Positions 20,112 through 29,285 of a stretch of DNA of 29,285 nucleotides are shown one piece after another. The notes beneath the pieces are model-generated. The model did no database searches. It saw only the letters and a list, made by a program, of their open reading frames with translations, and was not told the origin of the DNA. The position numbers were made by a program, and so were the translations under genes. This DNA is from Octopus sinensis (lineage: Eukaryota), in NCBI RefSeq assembly GCF_006345805.1, contig NW_021832964.1:1-29285 (forward strand), in the 5' to 3' direction. Each line of letters starts with the position of its first letter. Position 1 is the stretch's first letter.

Positions 20112-20512
20112 TTTGAAAATGCAATTCTAAAAGATGTTTATTTACTTGACCGGTTTTACTTTTTTAGAAAAAAATTGTCAAAAGTAACATGTAAAAGCTT
20201 TCATATATAATTCCACTCGTGCGGTAACTTGCAACTCCACTTTGTTATATATATAAATTTTTTTTCAGAATGAGATAAAAAAAACCAAGCGGGTGAAGAT
20301 TTTAGAACATTCATAAATGTTCTGAAATCTTTCACAGCCTTGGATTTTCATCTCATTCTGGAAAAAAATTTTTATATATACGCATGCTGATATATGACCT
20401 ACGTTGGACTCGTTATTCGCATAATCACCGAATCTGGAGCTTAACTATAGTCTGTCTATAACACTTACACTGCGTTACCTGATACCTTTGGGTCTTACTG
20501 ACACCATAACCT
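19936..20512. repeat. Two 75-bp direct repeats (19936-20010, 20438-20512) enclosing a hairpin (20248-20380)
   Basis: agcttaactatagtct...gtcttactgacac..t.acct occurs twice; ~65-bp inverted arms with a cata loop at 20312-20315. Confidence 0.8.
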
Positions 20513-20643
20513 ACATATGTATATATATATGTATGTATGTATATATATGTTCATATATGTGTATGTATATGGATGAATATATGTTTGTATGTGCGCATTT
20601 ATGTATACATATATGTGTGTGTGTATGTTTATATGTATGAATA

Positions 20644-20685
<42 letters not shown>

Positions 20686-20939
20686 CACACACATACATAC
20701 ATTTTTATATATACACATACATACATGCACGATCAATAATTAACCCTTCTCACTTTCAATAATCCTCGCAGAGAGTGTATATAAAGAAAACAGAACCCTT
20801 TTCTGCTCCAAATAGTTTTAGATTCGTTTAAAGGAAGGCCTGGGTAGACATCCACTGTGTCTGCTTGGGGTACGCGCATATCCGATGACTGAATGTCCGG
20901 TGACGCCACGGTGATAACGATAATTATTATATCAATAGA

Positions 20940-21662
20940 TATGAGCAACAACAACAACAACAACAACACTTATGTCGATCACGACGACGATGACAGCAAT
21001 GCTGCTGGTTTTAGAAGGGGTGGTCGTGGTGGTTGTGATTGGTGGTTCCGGTGGTTGTGATGGGTTTTGTTGGAGGTGATGCTACTGGTGGTGTAGGTTG
21101 TGGTGGTGTAGGTTGTATTGGTTGTTGTAGTTGAGGTTGTGGTGATGGTGGTTTTTGGTTGTGGTGGTTGTGGGGAATGTTGTTCGTGGTGGTGGTAGTT
21201 GTGGTGGTGGTGGTGGTGGTGGTTGGCGAGCTGGCAGAAACGTTAGCACGCCGGGCGAAATGCATAGCCGTATTTCGTCTGCCGTTACGTTCTAAGTTCA
21301 AATTCCGCTGAGGTCGACTTTGCCTTTCATCCTTTCGAGGTCGATTAAATAAGTACCAGTTACGCACTGGGGTCGATATAATCGACTTAATCCGTTTGTC
21401 TGTCCTTGTTTGTCCTCTCTGTGTTTAGCCCCTTGTGGGTAGTAAAGAAATAGGTTGTGACGACGGTGGTGGTGACGACGGTGGTGGTGACGACAGTGGT
21501 AGTGGTGACGGTAGCGGTTGTAGTGGTTGTGGGGAGTGATGTTCGTTATGGTGGTGATTGTGGGGAGTGATGTTCGTTGTGGTGGTGGTGGTGGTAGTGG
21601 TGATGGAGGTGGTTGTGGCCATCGCGGAGGGAGAGGGAGAAGGAGAGAGAGAAAGAGAAAGA

Positions 21663-21693
<31 letters not shown>

Positions 21694-21700
21694 GAAGAGA
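20940..21700. repeat. (CAA)/(GGT)/(GA) low-complexity array interrupted by a SINE
   Basis: Direct reading. Confidence 0.85.
21225..21455 (+). mobile_element. SINE family A, full length, long-tail variant
   Basis: Head ggcgagctggcagaaacg, B box agttcaaattcc, tail ccccttgtgggtagtaaagaaataggt. Confidence 0.92.
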
Positions 21701-21709
21701 GCGTGTTTC

Positions 21710-22130
21710 ACAGTGCTGGAGAACGTCGGTCAATTGTGTCCATCGGCTTTGAGTTATTAGAAGTAAGTGAAATTGGACATATCAGGATATATTTCTGTAA
21801 AGAGTGGAAGATGGAAGAATTTTGGTTAAATAGAAGGACAATTTCTGCGGAGCAATGTGTGAATGAGAAGGAAGGAATATTATTGGGACCAGTAGCATTG
21901 AAGCAACCGGAGATGTTATCTCTCTTGGCGTGTGTAGATGTCGGGTGGGAAACCGGGTGAGGTAGAATTGGATCGATTTGGGGGTAACTTATCAAGTGTG
22001 TGTTGTGTGATGTTGGCTGCAAAGTGGGCAGAAATGATAGACGTTTTTTCCATGATGGAAGGAGTTCTGATCATGGAGCCATTGTTGGAAGAAGTGAAGA
22101 GGAAGAGGATTCTGCTAAGATGGTGGTGAT
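21710..22130 (-). pseudogene. Decayed LINE ORF2 fragment (linker plus start of RT; CR1/L2/Jockey group)
   Basis: NNGSMI..MEKTSIISAHFAAN, then ATGPNNIP..CSAEI.LLFNQ..ICPISLTS..SKPMDTI, matching the KATGPDxIP...PI..NYRPISLTS..SK pattern. Confidence 0.7.
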
Positions 22131-22422
22131 TTTTTTTTTGTTTTTTTTTGCCGTAATTCCTTTCTAAAAGCATTTTCCTGACGTATTTGAGGCAAAGAAG
22201 GTAGAGACAGTTGTAGTTGGTTCCAGAGTATGGCTGGTGTAAAATTCATCGGATCTGAACAAACAAAATAAAAAAATCGATCCTTGAAACACAATCAAAC
22301 CTTCAGCAGCATTTGGAATAAGTTCGTAAAATAACTAAAGTTCTCTCCCTGAGTGGCGATATGAGGAAGAAAACGAAGTTTAAGAAGAGAGGAAGAGGGA
22401 AAATATATATGTACATATACAT

Positions 22423-22507
<85 letters not shown>

Positions 22508-23165
22508 TGCGTGTGTGTGTACTGGGCGTGAGAGGCATTTGTGGACATGTTTGATATTTTAATAAACCATCATTAATCTAATAAAAACTAGATGTATTTT
22601 AGTCCAAATTTGTTCTCGATAAGCTTTCTTATAAGATTATTTTGTCAATCTGCATGTAAAAGTGCGTGATGAAGTGATTAGGGTCAGTGACGACTCTGAC
22701 AGTCGGTCTGTTCGGGCTTAGCCCGAGTATAAATTTACTAAAGTGGACGTGTATTTTCTAAGCTGATTTAATTCCTGCCAACACTGACTTCAAGTATGTA
22801 ATTTCAGCCAATAACACGGGCTTTTTTTTATTGAGCCTGGTCGCAGTTCATTTACTTTCGTTCAGAGTCTGGCGGTCGTTTTAGAGGTGCCCTGTGTCAA
22901 AAAATATCATTCGTAGCAGACGTTCTCTCGACATCGTTTACACGCGCCTGACTCAGGCTCAAAAGTTACAGCCCGAGTTGTTATCTATAATTGTAAAAAT
23001 TAAAAGTAATTCAAAATTCAATGTTTTCTTGAATCGATAAATTTCTATAGAGATTAGGATTTAAATTCTAATCTATGAAAAGTTACCGTTCTACAATATT
23101 CCTAAAGGAACGAAAAATTATCCTGTAACTCGGGCTAATAAGTACGACAGTCTAATACGAACGGT

Positions 23166-23547
23166 GGAGGCGCAATGGCCCAGTGGTTAGGGTAGCGGAC
23201 TCGCGGTCGTAGGATCGCGGTTTCGATTCCCAGACTGGGCGTTGTGAGTGTTTATTGAGCGAAAACACCTAAAAGCTCCACGAGGCTCCGGCAAGGATGG
23301 TGGTGATCCCTGCTGTACTCTTTCACCACAACTTTCTCTCACTCTTACTTCCTGTTTCTGTTGTACCTGTATTTCAAAGGGCCGGCCTTGTCACTCTCTG
23401 TGTCACGCTGAATATCCCCGAGAACTACGTTAAGGGTACACGTGTCTGTGGAGTGCTCAGCCACTTACACGTTAATTTCACGAGCAGGCTGTTCCGTTGA
23501 TCGGATCAACCGGAACCCTTGTCGTCGGAACCGACGGAGTGCTTCCA
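23166..23547 (+). mobile_element. Full-length SINE family C with target-site duplication
   Basis: A/B boxes as at 4001; tctaatacgaacg (23151-23163) and tccaatacgaacg (23548-23560) flank it. Confidence 0.93.
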
Positions 23548-23857
23548 TCCAATACGAACGACTCGGGCTAATACGAACAGGCGACAGTCAGATCAATGAT
23601 GTTTGTTGTGCACTCTGCTGTTGTTATTCTGTGCGTCTGTGTTTAAAGAACACTTGTGTTTTTCAGGGTTGCTTATTTTTACCCTTAACTTAGAAATGGA
23701 GAAATACATTGTGCTAGATATAAGAAAATAAACCATTTGGGGCTAGAAATATTGCGGGAAAATGTGAAATTCTTCGAGCAGGCTTGTGTCTCATGCGAAA
23801 TCTGTAATGAGCCCGAGTGACGAAATCTATGATGAGTCTATGTGACACTGATGACCT

Positions 23858-24130
23858 GGTGTCGCCTATGGTTAATGTATTGCACTCGCGATCGCTATAT
23901 CGTAGGTTCGATTCCCATTTCACGTTGCTCTACAATCATTTAGACATCAGACGTGTTGGCACGTTTGTACACCTGTACGGGCAACCATCGAATTGATGGA
24001 GGAAGTGAGCTAATGTACAACACATACATTTGATCACTATAAGCGAATCCTTTGTGCAGGTCGTTCAGGTAAAAAAAAAAAGAACTGAACGTTCATACGT
24101 CGTCTTCGACACGAGATTCTATCATCAACC
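23858..24130 (+). mobile_element. tRNA-headed SINE-like element, internally deleted
   Basis: B box ggttcgattcc (23905-23915) followed by atttcacgttgctct, as in D-type heads. The 3' boundary is approximate. Confidence 0.55.
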
Positions 24131-24217
24131 AATGAATTCGCTTTCAGTTTCAATGACTGCTTCATTGCGGTCATGCACTAAATAGTTCTTATCCATTTCG
24201 GACACCACCTGAAAAAA

Positions 24218-24412
24218 GGTGACCTCAGCCTATCCGGCAACATTAATTCTAAGACCTTGTGGAAAGTTGTGATGTGGCATGACACATGACCTTCATTACA
24301 CACCACTAATAAAACCGTCACAATTGCTGGAAACTTAATGTGCCTCACTCTGACGATAGCAGAATGTTCTGCACACAGTCACCAGTCATGTCACTTGCAG
24401 GACTTCTGGTCT
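24218..24412 (-). pseudogene. Tc1/mariner-superfamily (probably maT/DD37D-like) transposase relic
   Basis: DQKSCK*HDW*LCAEHS..RHIKFPAIVTVLLVVCNEGHV / MPHHNFPQGLRINVAG*AEV, matching DQKVNRRNDRWLC..TKFPA.VMVLGVVSNEGHVMPPHFFPQGLRVNA as I recall it. Confidence 0.7.
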
Positions 24413-24480
24413 TTGTTTTATTCTTTTATTTGTTTAACAGTTTCAGTCACCGGACTGCGGCCATGCTGGAGCATCGCCTT
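24413..24480 (-). mobile_element. 3' tail of SINE family B
   Basis: Reverse complement aaggcgatgctccagcatggccgcagtcc..tgactgaaac..aaataaaagaat. Confidence 0.8.
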
Positions 24481-24489
24481 AATTTTTTT

Positions 24490-24838
24490 TTATTGTTTTG
24501 TTGTTGCTTTATGATTGAAGGTTTGTCGATTATCGAGTTTGTAGTTGCTGATCTCCGCTAAGTGTCTCCTTGAATGGTTGGTTGGTTGGTCCGGTATCTT
24601 TGATAGGAGTTCATCCAATGCTTTTTTGAAAGTTTCAGTAGAGGTTCCTTTTATATTTCTAATCTCTTTGGGTGAGCAGTTGAGTACTTGAGGATCTCTG
24701 GATATTAGACTAGTACAGTAGAGTGGTTTTGCTCGTGAGTTTCAAGATGGTATATTTGGAAGCTGACAGTACCTACCAGTTCGAGCATTAAAATTCGCTT
24801 TAATGCCGATGTTACAAACATGCTCTTCCAGGATCTTC
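24490..24838 (-). pseudogene. 3' end of a CR1/Jockey-group LINE
   Basis: KILEEHVCNIGIKANFNARTGRYC..*..LYCTSLISRDPQVLNCSPKEIRNIKGTSTETFKKALDELLSKIPDQP / SATTNSIID, followed by a (CAA)/A-rich tail. Confidence 0.78.
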
Positions 24839-25471
24839 GGGTTTTCTCAACGAAAAACTAAACCATGCCATATTCGCGAGGGCTTTCAAGGATTTTTCAG
24901 TTTCCTTGCAATCATGAATTCGACTTTCCTGAGTACAAATAAATCTATCGAATGTGTTTATGCAGCACAGTTCTAACACCGAAATTCTTTCACGATGACT
25001 CATTGATTTTTCCGGGGTCATCATCGATAATATTTTAAACACGGTAAAGGAATTACTGTATCCTTATGAGAAAAATAAAAGGGTTAGAATGTTTTATTCT
25101 TTTTTCCGTCTTTATTACAGTGAAGACATTTCCGCCAGACGTTTCGAATTCCATCCAAACTTTGTGAGCAAAAGATCTTGCGACATTTAGAAAGCTGCCT
25201 GTTGCTAAATCACTGTCCACCCACATATGGCAACAATGACTGCATAGCTTCTCATTTCTTGCACTAGCATTCTATCTGCCATGGGTTTCTCAGAAAAATA
25301 AAAGTCGTTTAATTGGTTATGCTAACAACCTAGTGTCCGCAAATACTCCTCGTATCCTGTTATATAGCGTGGCTCTGCGGTAAGGAGTTTCCTTCTCAGC
25401 AATATAGTTCCGCATATATATACACACATTAACATATATATGTATATATGTATGCATGCGTGTGTGTGTGT

Positions 25472-25592
25472 GAAGGCGCGTGGCATAGTGGTTAGGCTGT
25501 TCCATTCACAATCACTAAATCGTATGTTCGAATCCCTGACTGGGCAGTGCGCTGTGTTCTTGAGCAAAACACTTCGTTTCACGTTGCTCTAG
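25472..25592 (+). mobile_element. 5' head of SINE family D
   Basis: A box tggcatagtgg (25481-25491), B box gttcgaatcc (25526-25535), then ctgtgttcttgagcaaaacactt. Confidence 0.75.
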
Positions 25593-25837
25593 CCTTCCTT
25601 TCGATGTTAGTATGTATGTATGTATGTATGTATGTATGTATGTATGTATGTATGTATGTATGTATGTATGTATGATGCATATACCGTATTTGATAGTGTA
25701 TAAGAGTCACAAGTCCTGTATGTGAAGTTGGGCCTTCCATAAACTTCAATGCACTGAAAACTTTCTCTCGGGAATATGCGCTGCTGAAATTGGGTGCGTT
25801 TAATGTGCCCGCGCGTCTTTTAGGCCATCAGTTACGG

Positions 25838-25952
25838 TATATACATGCATACACACATACATATATACATACATACACACATATATGCATACATACATAT
25901 ATATATATATATACACACACACATATATATATATATATACACACATATATAT

Positions 25953-25989
<37 letters not shown>

Positions 25990-25995
25990 GCATAC

Positions 25996-26045
<50 letters not shown>

Positions 26046-26139
26046 TATATATAATATATATACATATATATATACGCACACATACATACATACATACATA
26101 CATATAAATATATATACATATATATATACGCACACATAC

Positions 26140-26189
<50 letters not shown>

Positions 26190-26340
26190 CGTATACACAT
26201 ATTCATAATTCAAAGACTTTATATAGTCGTGTGTATGTATATATATGCGTATGTACGCATGTATGTACGTATATATGCGCGTATGTACGTATGCATGTAC
26301 GTGTATATGTGTGCATGTGCGTATGTATGTATATAACTAT
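25838..26340. repeat. Compound (TA)/(ACAT)/(TGTA) microsatellite
   Basis: Direct reading. Confidence 0.9.
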
Positions 26341-26649
26341 TGGGGGTATCTATGCATCTATATGTGTGTACGGTGGCAACCTATTACATTGTACATTCAC
26401 CACAGATATGTTTTTTACATTAAGATTTTTACGACCCACGCTCTCACATGACGAGGGAAGATTGCACCGTAAAGGAAAAGAACAACGGGGAGAATGATGA
26501 GGAGGGGGGAAGCAGAAGGGGGTTAACTACATGCCTTGTCTTTATATTGTTTTGAATAATTGACTTGCAACTTCTGTCTCTGATGTCAACACAAGTGCAG
26601 TTCGCTTTTCTTTTGCATTTCTTTATTATTATCATTATTATTATTATTA

Positions 26650-26691
<42 letters not shown>

Positions 26692-27064
26692 CATTATTAT
26701 TATTATTGTTGTTTTTTTTTGCTTTTCGCCTTCAGTTTGTATGCGCCCCGCACATATATATAGACGCACCTACGCATACATACCCACGTATGTACATATG
26801 AATGTACATAAGTGCACCCATGCAAACATAACACACATACATCAGTATACAGGGTTTACATGTATGTAAATATACGCATACGTATTCATGTTTATACGCA
26901 TAAGCCCATGCGAACATATACACATAAATCTACGCGCACATGTATACATGTTTTAATTATATGTAAATATATGCATCTACAACCATGTACATTCACAAGG
27001 ACATGTACACAAATAAATGCACACAAGAATTAAGGGCTTAGATATATGTAAATATAGACAAAGT

Positions 27065-27550
27065 ACAAATACACGCACGCACACACACATACACACACGC
27101 ACCCACACACATACACACACGCGCGCACACGAAAACACACATACGCATACATATACGCACATACACACACATACACATACACACACGCACACAAACGAAT
27201 ACACACATACACACACATACGCATACATATACACACATGCACACACATACACACGCATATACACACACATACACACACACACATACACAAACACATACAC
27301 ACATACACACAGACACACACATATACACACACACATGCACATATATACACACTTACACACACATACACACACATACACACACATATACACACATATACAC
27401 ACACACATACACATATATACACACTTACATACACATACACACACATACACACACATACACACATACACACACATATACACACATATACACACACACATAC
27501 ACATATATACACACTCACACACATATACACACACATATACACACACTTAT
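27065..27550. repeat. (AC/ACAT)-rich array
   Basis: Direct reading. Confidence 0.9.
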
Positions 27551-27629
27551 ATACAAGTGTATGATAATTAAGTAGATGTAAATAAACATGCATACAATTG
27601 CGGGGGTTGTTAGTTCAAATCCGGCGTAC

Positions 27630-28078
27630 TTTCATCTTGCACCGTATTTACTTGAAAGCTCTCTCTTTGGTTTCCCAAATTGTAAGCAAATTCCTTTGGT
27701 CCCTCCCCAAGAGAGTCTCAAACAACTTTGCAAAAACCTCTCATCAACCACTCCTCAACAAACCTCTAGTTCTGTAAGTATTTATTTTGCAAAAAACGTG
27801 CCTCAATCGTTACGCATATGACTTCTTCTTCTGACTCCAGATTTCGTGCACAAGTTAAATCGCCTCCGGAGTCGTCTTTTTCCACTCCACACATCTCATC
27901 ACCACCGCGTAGACAGAGAGTCACCGAGTGCAATACTCTCAGTTCACTCCCAAATCTAACAAAGAGCATTGTTCTGTCGATGTGTGTCATCTTATTATCC
28001 TCAAACAGTAAGCACCAAAGTTATGTTATTATCGTTGATATTAGCGAAGCCTTCGACCTTGTTTTTCGTGAAAATTTC
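27630..28078 (+). pseudogene. Decayed LINE reverse-transcriptase fragment
   Basis: GFPNCKQ..., SDSRFR..., and SYVIIVDISEAFDLV (DISEAFD at 28037-28057), corresponding to the LDISKAFD RT motif. Confidence 0.6.
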
Positions 28079-28084
28079 CTCACA

Positions 28085-28140
<56 letters not shown>

Positions 28141-28301
28141 CCATACACACACAACCACACACATGCACACACGTTTATATGTACATAATTATAGACATAG
28201 ATTTATGGAATTATATACCTATAATAATATATATATATATATACTTAAATACTCCGGGTAGGCTGTAGATATTAATATCGTAAATTCTTTTCTACTCTAG
28301 A

Positions 28302-28824
28302 CAAAATTTTTGGGCGGGGCGGGCAGTCGATTAGATAGACGCCAGTACGCAACTGGTACTTGATTTATCAACCCCGAAAAGACGAAAGGCAAAGTCAGGC
28401 GAAATACTTATTTCTATACTACTCACAAGGGGCTAAACACAGAGGAGACAAACAAGGACAGACAAACGGATTAAGTCGATTATATCGACCCCAGTGCGAA
28501 ACTGGTACTTATTTAATCGACCCCAAAAGGATGAAAGGCAAAGTCGACCTCGGCGGAATTTGAACTCAGAGCGTAGCGGCAGACGAAATACCTATTTCAT
28601 TACTACCCACAAGGGGCTAAACACAGAGGAGACAAACAAGGACGGACAAACGGATTAAGTCGATTATATCGACCCCAGTGCATAACTGGTACTTAATTTA
28701 TCGACCCTGAAGGATGAAAGGCAAAGTCGACCTCGGCGGAATTTGAACTCAGAACGTAACGGCAGACGAAATACTGCTAAGGATTTCGCCCTTCGTGCTA
28801 ACGATTCTGCCAGCTCCCGACGCC
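28302..28824 (-). mobile_element. Head-to-tail array of three SINE family A units
   Basis: Full copy 28824-28589, 5'-truncated copy 28588-28405 (184-bp period), and a third deleted copy with the short tail. Confidence 0.9.
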
Positions 28825-29124
28825 TTAGATATTGGTATCTTAATAGGTCCTTAATTTTTGAAATTGAAATAGGGAATTAACCAGTTATTTTCAAGTTATG
28901 GATTCTATTTCTCATGTCGCCTGCAGACAGCTTTTATCGCGAAGAGAAATAATATGGGTGATTTAAATGGCTTTATAGTAGTTTTGACTGCTATATCTAA
29001 ACATGCAAGAGATTTGAAATCTTCTTAGTTTTAATTGTGACGTGTACATGATTATAAACATTCTTCTTCTAATATATATATATATATATTATATAATATA
29101 TATATATATATAGATAATATATAT

Positions 29125-29155
<31 letters not shown>

Positions 29156-29182
29156 CTTATATATATGTATGTATATATTTAT

Positions 29183-29285
29183 ACAACGGTCCTTCTTTCA
29201 GTTTCGTCAGTCAAATCCACTCACAAGGCTTTGGTCGGCTCGAGACTATTGTAGAAGACACTTGCACAAGGTGCCACGCAGTGGG
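29183..29285 (-). mobile_element. SINE family B, cut by the window edge
   Basis: Reverse complement cccactgcgtggcaccttgtgcaagtgtcttctac...gaccaaagccttgtgagtggatttg. Confidence 0.9.

Noticed and set aside
20740-20930. Possible LINE 5'/APE start (HSLRGL) on the minus strand
   Set aside because: Too weak, and in the wrong order relative to the RT relic at 21710-22130.
25044-25120. 77-nt GT-AG intron-like segment
   Set aside because: All three upstream frames contain stops and no protein similarity is visible; needs transcript data.
931-28563. Most ORFs in the six-frame track (poly-YI, HT, VC, MYVC, I/L, K/E)
   Set aside because: They are translations of microsatellites or antisense frames of SINEs and LINEs, with no domain content.
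29195-29211. Minus-strand CTGACGA-aact-GAAA
   Set aside because: Part of the SINE-B body; no stem II.

Overview
This is non-coding, very repeat-dense animal DNA. The SINE families and the heavy AT/AC/ACAT/AAT microsatellite load point to a cephalopod (Octopus-like) genome; that is an inference from recognition, not a database result. I find no intact host protein-coding gene, and nearly all listed ORFs are translations of microsatellites. The window is a mosaic of tRNA-derived SINEs (at least four families, my labels A-D), decayed LINE fragments (R4/Dong-like RLE, RTE, CR1/Jockey-group), a mariner-type transposase relic, a complete short non-autonomous Helitron plus a second Helitron 3' end, and several long inverted-repeat elements of Penelope-like architecture. 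The main result is two complete minimal type I hammerhead ribozyme cores with palindromic stem III (9725-9767 +, 5449-5530 -) and a third decayed one (3033-3066). The first sits in a TSD-flanked ~500 bp element whose interleaved inverted segments imply a ~350-nt, highly structured, circularly permuted monomer, i.e. a candidate retrozyme or Penelope pLTR system.
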